Shown in pieces: positions 36,978 through 51,866 of a stretch of DNA of 64,000 nt. Position numbers and translations under genes: made by a program. Position 1 is the first letter of the stretch, and each line of letters opens with the position of its first letter. The notes under the pieces were generated by a model. That model ran no database searches. It was not told the DNA's origin and was given only the letters and a program-made list of their open reading frames with translations. The DNA comes from Octopus sinensis (taxonomy: Eukaryota): positions 68,510,001-68,574,000 of the forward strand of contig NC_043002.1 of the NCBI RefSeq assembly GCF_006345805.1, in the 5' to 3' direction.

Positions 36978-38696
36978 GATAGTACCATTGTTACAAGCCA
37001 ACAATACTTTTTAGTAAGTCCATGAAAAGGAAGCCTAGTTTTGGGGAATGCATGCTGATACCCAAATGTGCTCACACAGTCATTACAAGAGATTATCAAA
37101 GATGATGTGGTCTAACAAAACTAGTTAACCATACTGTCTCAATACAATACACTGCCCTACCACCATCTACTGGGATGATGATACATGTTTCCATATTGTT
37201 TCCATGTAATTCAATGAATTTTCTTTAAGAAAATGTCTCAAGCATAATTTGTGTTTCTGACTGCAATGTCATTGGCTTTTTTCTTTTATCTGAATTTGAT
37301 GGGAACATGTGCTCTGCAACCTTTTTTCACTTGCGCTACCACACCTGAACTAAAAGTATAATTAAAAGCACAGCGAAAAAAATTATATTCAGGTAACATT
37401 GTGGCACACCTAGCGTCGTTTTGTGACACAACAGTGTATCATGGCATACCAGCTGCAGAGCACTGCTCTAAACCACAATACATTTAACACAATTATATAC
37501 AAAGTGAGAAAATCTTAGAAAGTCAAGTCATGGCCAATAATGTTGAATGACTAATTTTGAGATTTGTTGATGGTACCGCAAAATGGAATGATTAGAAACT
37601 GATGTCCTAATTTAAAAAGAAAAAAAAAATTCCATTAATATTATTACATCTCTGAGGTATTGACTAAAAAATCACCTAAATTTTTCTTTCTTAGGTTTGA
37701 ATAATAAGAATTATTATTATCAGGATATACTGAAACTTGAAGGTTTTCATACAATAGCTCAAAATGGTTTTAAACTTGGGATTTTTATAGCAGGATTATT
37801 TATATAATACAGTCTACTGCCAATAATAATGAATGAATCAAAGCTAATTTGATCATGCTATACTCAAAAGAAATGAGTAAACTCCTGGTTCCATCAAAAA
37901 TATCTTTCCAGAACAGTCATTTTTATTCATTATAAATAATAAGCAATTATGGCTGGTTTGCTTTTTCTTTCTTTCTTTCTTTCTTTCTTTTTTTTTTTTT
38001 TTTTACAGAATTCAAATTAATTTGTCAAAAAAGGTAAAGTAGAAAATTTTATTTTCTCTCTTTCTAAGCAGCAGCTGCACACACTTGTTCAGATTTACTT
38101 AGCTGGAAAATACTTAACACAATGAGATAATACCAATTAACAAAACGAATGCAGTAGTGTAGTAAACATCCTCAAGTTAGAAAGAAAAGAGAAAAGAATT
38201 TGCGACCAATTCAGGTATTTCTAATTTTGACTAAACTACTATTTTCTTCCTCCCAATTATCCAATGTTCCAATTTCCTTCTTATTATATCATTGGCAGAA
38301 TTGTTCACAAGCTGGGCAGAATGCTTAGCAGCATTTCGTCTTTATATTCTGAAGTCAACTTTGACTTCCATCCTTTCAGGGTCAATAAAATAAGTACCAG
38401 TTGAATACTGGGTTCGATGTAATCAACTTAATCCCCACCCTGGAATTACTGAACCTGGGACAAACATTTGAAACTACAATTATCATTATTGTTAGCAATC
38501 TTAATATAACTTACTGGATAGAATTTGAGAAAACTAATAATGGCCTGTGTTGGTAAATAGTAAATGCAAAAAGGAGAAAAAGTGGAAAAAATTTGTTTGC
38601 TGTGAGGAAGAGGAGGAGGGGAGGAGGAGATAATCTAACATTTTGGGTAGGACACTTCATCAAAGGAATGAGAAATAAACAATTATCAATAAGACC

Positions 38697-40257
38697 AAGC
38701 ACAGCAATATGGTTAAGAAGCTCGCTTTGCAAACACATGGACCCAGGTTAAGTCCCACTGCAAGGCACTGTGGGCAAGTGTCTTTTACTGTAGCCCTAGG
38801 TCAACCAAAAACTTGTGAGTGAATTTGGAAGATGGAAACTGTGTGTGTGTGCTCGCATGTGTTTTGTTTCACTAAAACCCTTCAAGGTGGTGCTCCAACA
38901 TGGTCATAGTCCAAAGATTAAAACAAATAAAATGAAAGAGAACACCAGTGTCTTACAGACAGACAACTCTGCCTTCGACTATGAACACTTTCTAGGAAAT
39001 AAATCCTAGAAAGTGTTGACATAGTTTCATGCAGTCAAACTAATTGTACAGTTTCTAACACTACAGCACATGAAGTATTATTGCTTTGTTAAATTCAATG
39101 TTGTGTAAATAAAGCAAAAATGTTAAAGAACAGTTTCTTGTAGCAAGCATATTTGTTTGTTTCTTTTATCATCAACAGAACAGTCTTCAGAAGACCAATT
39201 TAGAAAGAGAACAATTTGGCTGTCTATATTTTCATCAGAGATTACCTTGTCTAATCATGAGAGGCCAAAAATGGAGCACACTACATAATCTAGTTCTCTT
39301 AGGTGTTGCTAGTTAACAGTCCAGACTTCACAAAAGGCTACAAAGAAATGGTGTCCATAAAAGTCACCCAAATTAGACCGATACCGTTAGAAACTATTCA
39401 ACACATGCTTATACACATGTAAATACAGATTGACACACTGACACCTTATATGTTCCTTTATTTTTTTGTTTCAGTCATTTTACTATGGCCATGCTGGAGC
39501 ACCACCTTTAGTTGAACAAATCGACCCCAGGACTTATTCTTTGTAAGTCTAGCACTTATTCTATCTGTCGCTTTTGCCAAATTGCTAGGTTACGGGAATG
39601 TAAACACACCAACATCGGTCGTCAAGGACAAACACAGACACACAAACATATACACACACATGTATGTATATATATGACGGGCTTCTTTCAGTTTCCATCT
39701 ACCAAATACACTCACAAGGCTTTGGTCAGCCAGAGGCTATAGTAGAAGACACTTGCCTAAGGTACCATGCAGTGGGACTGAACCTGGAACCATGCGGTTG
39801 GTAAGCAAGCTACTTACCACACACCCACTCCTATATATATATATATATATATATATATACTCTTTTACTTGTTTCAGTCATTTGACTGCGGCCATGCTGG
39901 AGCACCGCCTTTAATCGAGCAACTCGACCCCGGGACTTATTCTTTTTGTAAGCCCAGTACTTATTTTATCGGTCTCTTTTGCCGAACCACTAAGTAACAG
40001 GGACATAAACACACCAGCATCGGTTGTCAAGCAATGCTAGGGGGACAAACACAAACATACATGCACACACACATATACATATATATATATACATATATAC
40101 GACAGGCTTCTTTCAGTTTCCGTCTACCAAATCCACTCACAAGGCTTTGGTCGGCCCGAGGCTATAGTAGAAGACACTTGCCCAAGGTGCCACGCAGTGG
40201 GACTGAACCCGGAACCATGTGATTGGTAAACAAGCTACTTACCACACAGCCACTCCA
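38697..40257. mobile_element. SINE group A cluster (+ 38697-38930, - 39465-39832, - 39860-40257)
   Basis: Three group A copies; the 39860-40257 copy retains many CpGs. Confidence 0.85.
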
Positions 40258-40859
40258 ATGATGGTGATGATATTATTCACGTCTTTACACTCACACTTCA
40301 CAGTTTGTAGGGAGGTGAACAAGTCAGCAGACACATGGGATGATAAAGGCAAAGCTACCTCTCAAATTCTGTTGGTGTTAGGAAGGAAATGCAGACACAG
40401 AAACCAAGCCAAAATGAAATGTGAGCTAGATGAGGTTACCCTGCAACCAGTCTAGACAAGAAGATCTGTCCAACTCATATGCCTGCATGAACAGTCAATG
40501 TAAAATGATGATGATTAATTTTACACACACACACACATGTGTGAAATTTAATCATTTAATTCTGGAAATTTGTTTATTGTGAGAACTTCACAAATGTTGA
40601 ATTAAATTTGATAACAAAATTACTTTTTGAATGAGACAATCACCGAGAGGTTAATATTGATGACTGCTAAACTGAAGGTTAAAAATTAAAATGTAGTTAC
40701 AATTAGTGTGTTGACTGTTTGACAAAACACATAGCTATGATTGACTTAGTTCTGCCTGGCCAACTTCTGGTCTTCTTAATCAAGAAATGGTTACTATAAA
40801 ATACATCTATCTATCTATAAACAAAATTGCACCAATAATGTGTGAATGTTTAATTTGTA

Positions 40860-41100
40860 GACACCATCATCATCATTACCATCATTTAACGCCTGTTTTC
40901 TATGCTGGCATGGGTTGGATGGTTTAACAGGAGCTGGCCTACACATCTTAACATCAACCACTTTACAGAGCATACTGAATGCTTCATATGTGGAATTGGC
41001 ATGGATACTTTCTATGTAGCACCAGCATGAGTGTTTTTTACATGGTACAGGCACATTTTATGGGACACCAGCACCTGTGAGCTTGCAAAATAAGGACCTC
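40860..41100 (-). mobile_element. RTE 3'-UTR repeat (group C)
   Basis: catcatcat tail, catgggttgg motif and degenerate 26-bp units. Confidence 0.65.
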
Positions 41101-41415
41101 TCACCTGAGAGAGAGAATGGAACCAGGCGATTAGAGTATGACAGAAGTAGCTCTCTTATTATTGAGAAGATACTTGGCTACCTCAGTAGGACAAGGAAGG
41201 CAAGTGAGAGTTAGATAGAAAGACAGTCAGTGTGATAGTGAGAGGGCCAGCCCAACGGTAACAGTGGGAGTAGTATAAGTAGTCCAGAAGGGACAGAAGG
41301 AGATGTTAGGGAAAATAGTTACTAAATACTTAATAATTTAAAGAAAGTAAACTGGAGGCTAGGACATATAGATATAATAAGTGATAGATGAGTAAAAAGA
41401 AAGGGTGAGAGAGAG

Positions 41416-41903
41416 CAGTAGCATAACTAGGCGGGGAGGGCAAATGAGGGATCACATGCCCTGGGTGCCAATTGGGGGGGGGGGCACATGCCCCAGGCGC
41501 CGATTGAAGGAGAGGCAAGCAGGGTGGGGGATCACGTGCCCCAGGCACACCTCATCAAAAGCAAGAAAGATGAGACTTAAAACAACTGTATTTTGTTTTT
41601 ATTACTTTTCATTTCACATATTAGGTTTTTTACTGTTTCAATCGGAAAACCTGGTGCATTAAAGGGTTAAAATAAAAAGGCTTCAGAAAAATAAACATTC
41701 CAAAATATGATTTTGAATTACAGGCTGTACCGAACTGGCAAATAAATGAACCCTGGTAAAGTATTTATTCCTAAAATATCGCTTTAAAACATTAATTACT
41801 TGTAACAAACAAGTACTATATAATATTGTGGATTTCGTAATTGGGTGGGGGGACACATTTTTGCGACTTGCCCCAGGCGTGGTTTACCTTAGCTATGCCA
41901 CTG
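41416..41903. mobile_element. hAT-like MITE
   Basis: TIRs CAGTAGCATAACTAGG / CCTTAGCTATGCCACTG and repeated subterminal GCCCCAGGC motifs. The 8-bp flanks are only partly identical. Confidence 0.6.
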
Positions 41904-42059
41904 GGAAAGAAAAAGAGAAAGGAAGAGGAGAGAGAAAAAGAGACTAAGTAATAGTTTAAACTAACTTAGTTGTAGAGTACCCTCAGTGAATAAGTGCCTT
42001 GACTAGACGAATTGGAACACATTGTATGGTGGTTCATTATCACACACACCACCACCACC

Positions 42060-42290
42060 ACCACATCGTCACCATCATCATTTAACATTCATTTTCCATG
42101 CTGGCTTAGGTTGAATGGTCTGATAGGATCTGGCAAGCTGCAGAGCTGTGTTAGGCTCCAATATAGGCTTTGGCAAGATTTCTACAGTTGGATGCCCTTC
42201 CTCGTGCCAACCATTTTACATTGTATACTAGGTGTCCTTTTTTGTGGCACCAGCACCAGTGAGGTCACCAAGTAACTTGCAAGACAAAGA
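42060..42290 (-). mobile_element. RTE 3'-UTR repeat (group C)
   Basis: tttccatgctggc tail, gttggatgcccttcct core and gttacttgcaag end. Confidence 0.7.
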
Positions 42291-42605
42291 ACAGGAAAAA
42301 GAAAAAGCCCCCTTGATTTAGTGGGAGTGTGCTTGAGGGAGAAGGAGGCTAAAGTACAATAGACAAAGTTGTAAAGTATATAAAAATATATTCTGCATGG
42401 TGCAGGGTGAAAATGAGCATACAGTCAACTTTGAAAGGATGGGGTTTAGTTGATAGCTTTGACATCAGAATATGACTGGTACTAATTTAATTGAGCTGAA
42501 AGAAAGGAAGGCAAAGTTGTTCTCATGGTGATTTGGATATATAATGTAAAGAGCTAGAAAAAACACTGCAAGGCAATTTTTGGGTATTCTAACAATTCTG
42601 CTGAT

Positions 42606-42636
<31 letters not shown>

Positions 42637-42654
42637 CACCACCAATAATAATAA

Positions 42655-43335
42655 TCCTTTCTATTGGAAACACAAGGCCTAAAATTTGGGGGAAGGAATT
42701 TAGTCAATTACATCAACCCCCAGTGTGTAACTGGTACTTATTTAATCGACCCCGGTGGAATTTGAATTTAAAACGTAGCAACAAGCGAAATACTGCAAAG
42801 TATTTCGTCTGGCGTGCTAATGACTTTGCCAGCTCGCCGTCTTACTACTACTGCTGCTGCTACTACTACTACTACTACTACTAATAATAATGATTTCAAA
42901 TTTTGATACAAGGCCAGTAATTTTTTTTTTTTTTTTTGAAGAGGAGAGTAAGTCTATTACTTTGACCCCAGTGCTCAACTGGCACTTATTTCATTGACCC
43001 TGAAAGGATGAAGGGCAAAGTCAACCTCAATGGAATTTGAACTCAGGACATAAAGATGAATAAAATATTGCTAAGCATTTTGCCCAGCATGCTAACGATT
43101 CTGCCAGCTTGCCATTTTAATATTATTAATAATATTAGTTGTTCACAATTTAAGCAGGAGACCAGTTATGTTGAGGGGAGTACTCAACAGGTAGTTTATT
43201 TTAATGACTGACCCCAGAAGGACAAAAAATAAACTTGGCCTCAGTAGGATTTGAACTCAGAATGTAAAGAACCAAAACACATATTTGAAAACATTTTTCC
43301 AATGCTCTAACAAGTTTGCCAGTTTGTCACCTAAA
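42655..43335 (-). mobile_element. Tandem run of three SINE group B copies
   Basis: Repeated gaatttgaactcag/actggtactta bodies separated by (CTA)n or (AAT)n. Confidence 0.75.
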
Positions 43336-44286
43336 TAACAATAATTATTAATAATGATTTCTAGTTTAGGTTCAAGGCCACAACTTTTGGAGTTCCTTTT
43401 TTTTTTTTTTTAGAGGGGACAGGTGTTACTTGATTGAACTAACCCCTGTATTAGTTTGCTGCTTTATTTTATTGAACCCAGAAGGACACAATAGGAGCTA
43501 ATAGAATAACAATAATCTTGTTAAGAATAATAATCTTTGTATCATTCTAATTACAGAATATATACAACTGAAGAACATTCCTCATTATCCAACAGCATTA
43601 ACAAAAACAAAAAATTAAGCTAAGATTGTAACGATGAACTCATAACAATAAACTGTCCACTGCGCCAATTACTATTCTTTCAGCTCTCAATTGACAAATA
43701 CCACTGGAAACGAACCCCTAATACTAACTATGTTTCAGAGGCACGATGAAACGAAGCATCTTGAAATGGTACATTAACAAGTACCGAAACCTGGAGATAT
43801 CTGACCATGAACAAGACTGCCCGGAGATTCTGCACTCTCGACATGATAAATAACACATAGCAACAGTCACATCTGCCTTGCAACTTATAGCACACTGTTA
43901 TTACTGCTGCTGCAGCTACTACTGCTACTATAGATGAAACTTATACAATAACATTGCCCCTCCCCCTCCATACAAAAATAAGCTTTAACTCTATCAAGAT
44001 GGAAGGTAGGAGCGACAGAAACCGCTGGGTACTGGACTGAATTAGTCACAATATTTTGTTTCATACCTCTACACACCTATTCCAAATCTAACAAGGGTGG
44101 GGTGACTTCGCTATTTCACCCAGTCAATGAAATAAGTGCCAACACTGATGTTGATTCATTCATTCTATTTTTTCATTGAACCTAAGCACCATCTGGAACC
44201 TTCTCAGAGCTGGAGCCAATTCATTCATCTATATGCCTTACCTTAACACTTAAAAACTTGAACTGATGTAATAAATCATTTATATA

Positions 44287-44515
44287 TTAACCCTTTAGCA
44301 TTCAGATGACTCCGTCAGATGTAATGCGTATTTAGTCACGTTGTTTTGAATTACTCATGCATTATCTTGTAGCTTCAAGATTTCGATGATGTGATTGTTT
44401 ATTTTTAGAATGACATTGTAGGATAGGTGTGAGAGGCTGGATCTAGTCAGTTTGAATGTAAAACAGGCAGAATATTTTTGGCTCGACATGGCCAGTTTAA
44501 ATGCTAAGGGCTTAA
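44287..44515 (+). mobile_element. MITE family D
   Basis: TTAACCCTTTAGCATT...AATGCTAAGGGCTTAA ends. Confidence 0.85.
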
Positions 44516-45311
44516 CGTATTTTGCTCTTATGAGAAATAATGCCACACACTCAAACAGGAGACGAAAGTGCGCAGGGTTGTGGAGTCTGTACACAAAATC
44601 TTTCACTTCTAAATCAATAACTGCATCAATTCTGACCAATCCCTCAATGTTATTGTACCATCAATTCCAAGTGAGAGACTCCTCTGCTTGTAATTAGACT
44701 AACCATATAAAGCAAACACGGAGAATACGAACCATCAGGCTACATTTTAAGCACCCTAACCTGTTAAAGTTTGAGTTTATAGGATATACCTAGGAGTGGT
44801 GGTGTTTTTAAATATTGAAGTTACAAACAATTAACCACAAGACAAACTTAGATAACTAGCGAAAAAAAAAAGCTGATTGAAAGCACACACCTTACATAGC
44901 TAATATGAAGCATCAAGCTACTTTTTATCATCCACCCAACCATGCTATTGTGGTTTAATTAAATAAATATTTATATATTTAAATAATAAAGCATAAGAAA
45001 AACTTAGAAAAAAAAGATGAAGCTGATTTTATCAAAAGTCATAAAGTAAAAAGCTATAAATAAAATAAACCTGTAAAAATATTATAAAGGAAAATCAGGA
45101 ACATGTTTAACAGTTCAAAAATGTAAAAAAGAACATCCGTTAAAACTAACAGATTGAACACTTAAAGCAATTAAAATGACCATTTTAAAAGAAAGAAACT
45201 CAATTAGACACATAATCCTTCTTTTCAAGTTAAAGCACCGTGCGAATGTAACATGAAAGATCACATGAAATGAAATGATTACATCGTAAAATATCGAACA
45301 GTTTATCTCCA

Positions 45312-45522
45312 AAAACCAGCCATATTGAACACCAAAATTCTACTTGTTTTCTGTTCAATCTGCCAGATCTGGCCTCTTGCATCTACCCTACAATGTTATT
45401 CTAAAAATAAATAATCATGTCATCATAATCTTGAAGATTGGAGATAATGCATGATTAATTCAAAATAGTGTAAATGAATAAGCATTGCATTTGACAGAGT
45501 AATCTGAATGCTAAAGGGTTAA
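45312..45522 (-). mobile_element. MITE family D
   Basis: Reverse body ending AATGCTAAAGGGTTAA. Confidence 0.75.
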
Positions 45523-45568
45523 GCGATGGAATAGAGGTAAAAATTAAAAATCCGAACGTAAAATTTAC

Positions 45569-45938
45569 TAGACGTAGGAGTGGCTGTGTGGTAAGTGGCT
45601 TGCTTACCAACCACATGGTTCAGGGTTCAGTCCTACTGTGTGGCACCTTGGGCAAGTGTTTCCTACTATAGCCTCAGGCCGACCAAAGCCTTGTGAGTGG
45701 ATCTGATAGATGGAAACTGAAAGAAGCCCATTGTACATATGTGTGTGTGTGTGTGCTCCCCACCATCACTTGACATCTGATGCTGGTGTGTTTACGTACC
45801 CGTAACTTAGCAGTTCGACCAAAGTGACCAATAGAATGAGTACTAGGCTTACAAAGAATGAGTCCTGGGGTCGATTTGTTCGACTAAATGTGGTGCTCCA
45901 GCATGGCCACAGTCAAATGACTGAAACAAATAAAAGAA
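45569..45938 (+). mobile_element. SINE group A, full length
   Basis: Complete head, middle and tail. Confidence 0.9.
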
Positions 45939-46967
45939 TAGCATTGTGTTCTTAGAAAGAATGTTGCTTCTACTGGATCCTTTACAGAAGCCCTTAAATC
46001 TGATTTGATCACTTTTTCAAGTTAGTATCTGTGAAACTGAACATTTTAATGCATTATCATGCATTTTACATTTAGTTGGAGTCAGAGTCAGTAAAACTGA
46101 CTCCAGCTCTAGAAATCCAATAACTGCTTCCTACTCTGATTCCTTGAATCCAACTTTGCAGCCCTGAAAATATCAGTAATCATTAGGTTAGCCAAGATTA
46201 GTACACTCCTACTGCCTTCTGCTATGGAACATTACAAAGTCAAATTAAATTTTATTTTCAAAATATTTTACATTTTAACCCTTTCGATATCAGCCTGCTT
46301 CAAATAGCCTCTAGTCTTACAATATGAAATCATCCACCTTAAAAAGTTCATATTTGAATTAATGTTGGATATTATAATTTTATGCAAGAACCAGCTAACA
46401 AATGAAAAAGTTATTCTTGATTATTTTCATCATCATTTAAGGTCTATATTCCATGCTGGCAAGGCCAGAGGCTACACAAAGTTCCATTGTCTATTTCAGC
46501 CTGGTTTCTGCAGCTGGACACCCTAATGCTAACCACTGTACAGAGTGTACTGGTTGCTTTTTATGTGTGCCAGCATGCAAAAAACACCTATTCACAACAT
46601 ATTTCATTAAAAATGTGGTCTTGAAAAAGTACTCAATTGATTTCAACAATCTCTGTTTGTAAAGTAACCTATTTAATGCTTAATTTTAAGATGTAAATTT
46701 ATCAAAAGTTTTCTAGATTTCTAAATGTTTTATTCATGTTTTTTTTCTTCTTTTTGAGTGTGGAAGAAAGGGTTGTGCCTATGGCTGTTAAAACCCTAAG
46801 ACTTAGTGAGATTGATGTCATTAATATATTTCACTTGAAGTATAGTAAGTTGACAGCTGCAAGAAAAACATGTGTAGAGAGGGACCTCTAGAAGGTTGAG
46901 GTTTTACAAAAAGGAAGGACGAGGGAAGTAACAGTTCAAGATTTGGGTCAGTTGGACATAACGTGAT

Positions 46968-47180
46968 TTAAAATTCTGGCACAAGGCCAGCAATTTTAGG
47001 GGGAAGTCAATTAATTACATCAACCTCAGTGCCCAACTGGTACTTACTTTATTGACCCCCAAAAGGATGAAAGGTAAAGTAGGCCTTGGTAGAATTTGAA
47101 CGCAGAATGTAAAGAACCGTAAGAAATGCCATTATGCATTTTGTCTGGCATGCTAACAATTCTACCAGTTCACTGCCTTT
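46968..47180 (-). mobile_element. SINE group B
   Basis: Reverse group B body. Confidence 0.8.
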
Positions 47181-47199
47181 GTGTCGAACTTAATATAAA

Positions 47200-47345
47200 T
47201 CATGAGAGGAGGAGGGATGAATGCAGAGTGCAAGTGACATGAGACAAAACAGTTCAGAGAAGCAGACACCATTGTAGTAGAGCTAAAAAAGGTAGTGAGG
47301 AGACACAGCACGTTTGTGGGTCAGAGGTTGGAGTATGTTTATGAG
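47200..47345 (-). mobile_element. CR1/L2-group LINE remnant
   Basis: LQPLTHKRAVS...YYNGVCFSEL resembles the LQPL.HRR.V.SL..FY.YY.G.CS.EL motif. Confidence 0.45.
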
Positions 47346-47547
47346 TAACTTCTAATTTATCTAGTGACCTTTGGTTGGTTGGAATCTAGGATGGCTATGT
47401 ATGTAACTGAAGCATTGTCCCTGATATTGAAACTGTACTCCACTGTGAGTCTCATTTAAACTCATGTAAAGGGGCTTGTAGTTGTTGTAGTTGTATTTTC
47501 TGAATTCAAAGAGCAAAACCAGGCTTGGAGATGTGGAGGAACATGAC

Positions 47548-47690
47548 TTAGAGGTTAGGGTGTTGGACTCATGATTGTAAGATAGTGATTTCGATTCCTG
47601 GACCAGGTGATGCATTTTGTCCTTGAGCAAAACACTGCATTTCATGTTGCTCCAATCCAATCAGCTGGCAAAAATGAGTAACTTTGTGAA
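47548..47690 (+). mobile_element. SINE group F, 5' part
   Basis: gttagggtgttggactcatgat head and gtccttgagcaaaacact middle. Confidence 0.7.
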
Positions 47691-49204
47691 GGATTGGTGA
47701 TGGATTTTCTCTGCGAGAATACCATTTATAGAAACATCATAACTAGTTTGAAAGTACATGGCCTCTGCAACTATTTATTTAAAAAAACACAAACACGCAA
47801 TGTATCAGTAACACTAATGAACCATAGTGTAAGTGTCAGGCAAAGAAGCAAATTAAATAAATGGCCTGAGGTGATTGTGTCGACCATTTGACACCACTAG
47901 AAAAGAAATCCTAAAAGCAGTAAAGAAAACATTGTGATGGGAAAGTGGTTGAAATTGGTTGGTAAATGATGGTTTCTTTATGAAGGAGATAATTCCATCT
48001 CAGTTTTATAGGTTAGATTATATTTGTTTCTTGTCCATCCTAAATATCATTGTTGGTCCCATACAATCAAAACAAACTGCAGCAACAATTCATCTCTTTT
48101 AGTCCAGCTATTTCACTGGTAAAAACCAAGAAAACAACCATCCTGCACCAATTCATCTCTACTGATACCCAAGCACTGAATGCAGGGCAAATTGTGTAAC
48201 ATCCCACATGTTTAAAGTGCTAGACACATTAATCATTCCTAAACACTTAATTGCAATAGATCTGACCGCAAACTACCAATAAGATCATCCTTTTTGCATT
48301 ACCACATATTTTATTTAGTGCAGTGAATTTAAGTAGAGCTTTTTTCTTAAGTAAGTGGGTGAAATTAAGTTTATTAAAACCCAAACTACATCAAGTAGCA
48401 AGGAAATATTTAATTTCAGTAGACTACTGAAACTCATTTTAAGTGCTGCACATTCAGAGATATAAGGTGGAGTTGGCACTAGTATCCAAAGTGCTAGTGG
48501 ATAATAAAAGCACCTGAAAAACAAAATAACAACACATGGAATGAAGTTAAGATGGCTATCAAATTTTCTTATAAAAAACTCTAAACATCTAGGGCACGTT
48601 CCACAGCCAAAACCAGAAAATAAGTAGGACAAGATGAGTATGGTTATAAAATAATAATAATAATGCACAAGTTTAAATATGCCATAATTTCATATAGTAT
48701 ATTTAAGTCTGAATAGTAGCTGTCATATAAAACATTTCAAGATAAGAATATACGTGAAAAAGTTTTGAAAGATCCTATCTGCTATATCTTGGTTGAAAAT
48801 TTCTCATGAGAACAGTTCAATACAGCAGCCAAATCTCTCATCACCACTACACCAACAAACTTACAAGTCTTTAAAAAGAAGACAGTGTTTTAAGTTCTAA
48901 ATCTTAGTGCTTCCATTAGAGATGAGATGTCCACAGTCAGACATGTAGGTGAAATTCTTTTGCTAGATCATCTACCAACATACCACAGTTCTAGTCAAAC
49001 AGGCAAACTAGGACCACATAACGACAACTACCAACGATCTTGATCAGCGAAAGTGACAAGTAGTCATATATACAATTCTTAGTTCAAATCCTGTCAAAAC
49101 TGAACCGGGCGTTTTATTCCTGAAGTTTGATAAAATCAATACAGGTCTCTTCAATAAGAATAGCACATATATTATTGGCTAATATTTTTAAGAAACTGAG
49201 GCTA

Positions 49205-49400
49205 AAGGATTGGCAGGATCATCGGACAGAATGCCATGTATTAATTAACGTTTTGAGTTCAAATATTGACGAAATCAATGCTGTTTTTCCTTCTTCCAGG
49301 ATTGATAAAATATTATGTACCAGAGTTAGGTCCTATGTCGATTTCACCGACTAACCTTGGCCTAAATTTGAATACTTGTGCCTATAAAAGAAATCAATAT
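49205..49400 (+). mobile_element. SINE group B, diverged
   Basis: ttggcaggat...gagttcaaatattgacgaaatcaatgctg...gataaaatattatgtaccag. Confidence 0.6.
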
Positions 49401-51823
49401 TTTAGAAAAATTGAGATGAAACTGATGAATCTAAGGCCTCCAAAAGAACCCTTATGTTTCTTATTTGAAGTAATTCTTTTATTACTGAAGACCAAACATT
49501 GCATGGCTGTATACATACAGTTCAAGAGAAATGACTTAAGTGGAACAAAAAGAATTACGCAATCGTGTACAGATTATAATTTATAATCTACAAATATACA
49601 GACACACACAATTACCGGTATAATCACAGTATCAGACACTCATATATACATATATATGTATGACGAATTTAAAATGTTACGTTACTGATTATGTTAGTAG
49701 CAAACCTCAAACAAGTTTACTTAATATAAGCATCTAAATTAGCTTATCTTCATGATTTATTGGCATAATTGCTTAGTCAAAAATACTAGAGATTAACATA
49801 GTTAAAAACTAACTGGATTTACTTAGACACGTCTCTACACACGCGTGACGGATGTATATTTATAATTTTACATTATTCAATACACACTTAGTCTGACTGT
49901 TTGTACACATACACATATATATATATATAGCATATATACCGACTTGATAAATAACCGATACATTACGAAAACAAAACAGTTTTAGGACTACGCAGTTGAT
50001 TTAACATAATTCTTAGTTCTTAGCGTGAGAGAGAGATGCTCAATCCGAAATTTGTTATCTGAACAGGCATACATGGAACACACAAACAAGTTTGGGTTCA
50101 TAAACAGCAATTAATGTTTTAAGTAATTAATAAAGTGTCAGCGAAAATAGGCTAAAGGAACATATTTAACTTTCATTTCAAGGATCAATGCCAAACATTT
50201 TCAGATTAGTGGAATACAGAAAACTGGCAGACAATATATATTTTAAGATCAGAGGAATCGAATCGTTCACCAACCAATCGGTTCCTTAAAACCAAAGGAA
50301 GAAAGAAAAGGGAAGAGAAAGCTGAAAATTATGGGTACAGACATTCACTGATCAAAGCTTGTTTTTATTATCAACAATCGAACACTGCTAATTGTAAATA
50401 TAAAAGCATAAAGGCCTTTCAACCCTTTTTTTTTTAACTTTTAAATAATAATAATAATTTTATTATATAAGCACAATGCTTTATTTATATAAATGAAAAT
50501 GTAGTAGGAGCTGTGGTATGCATTTCACAGGGACAATACGAACGGTTAATAATAAGAATGATTTCTTTATTAACCACAAGGGGTTTACATTAAGAAAAAC
50601 ATTGTGAATAATAATAATAATAATCGGTTCTTTTAGTTGACACAAGGGGAACGACGAAATGCAGGGAGAGCTTCAAAACAAGGTAAGGGGATGATATTAT
50701 TATCATCTGAGCTAAATATAGAAGTATTTAATTTCAGTGTTTAATTTTCTGCGCTGATCCAATTCTAGTGAATCGACATTGTCTTCTGAAGTTGTTTAAC
50801 ACCAGGACAGCTATAATCAGGCAAAAAAGGGAAAAAAATCTATGATCAAAGCGTTCCAAGCATAATCCTCGCCCTCTATTTTCAGACAATGCATATCTAA
50901 TGTGTCCCTTTATTCTTTTTAAGACGGTAAGGTGTGTGGTTTAAAAGAATTTATCTGCAATAAACTTGATAGCGCCCCATAAAATTTGGCCTTGTAATTT
51001 AACCAAAAGAAATAATCACCATGTAAGCAGTATTGGTTTATGTTATTTTGTAGTTCATCGAATCTAGTCTGGAATTTCCAATCCCGATCAGATCGACTTT
51101 TCGCCTTCTTTCCAAGCAACAACAATAATTACTACCAATAAGACACTGGATCGATTCTCCTTTACTGAACTCATCTCATACAAAGATGAAAAAAGAAATC
51201 GTTATTAACCGTTTCACTTGTTTCCATGAAGAAAATTTACTAGTGCTTAAAATATTAAAGCATTGCAACTAATAAATAGAGTTTCCACGTAGTAATTCGA
51301 TCTGCTAGAAATAGCAACCAAAATCTACCTCAAATGAAACCCTAATGTCTTCAAAAGGGGAGAGGGACGCATTCAATAATGTAGTTCTAAATATGCAATG
51401 TCCTTAGAGAAGGGCGGAGGGGGGTAGTTACGGCGCGAACGAACGTTTAATTTTATTCTTTTATATTTTTTTTATTAAGTCTACCGAATTATTGCTTAGC
51501 CCCTGGTAAGCCCCCAATTATTAAATACATTCGGAAATGTGGTTTCCAATGGGGAATTATTTTTTAAGCCTTTGGAAAATACCGATACAAAGGCGGCTGA
51601 ATGAAAATCGGATGCGACACAGACGTATATTGCACTCGTATTTGTGAAGAGACACCTTGAGAGTAATGTAAACAGTCGATAGTTTAATCATAACTTGTGA
51701 TCATATATGGAAATTGAAACTGAACAAATAAATTTAGTGTTTTGATTGAAGACCACAAACAGCAAAATGCGAACGTTCGTGCGTAGACGTATAGATGTGC
51801 ATGTGTGTGTGTATATATGTACA

Positions 51824-51866
<43 letters not shown>

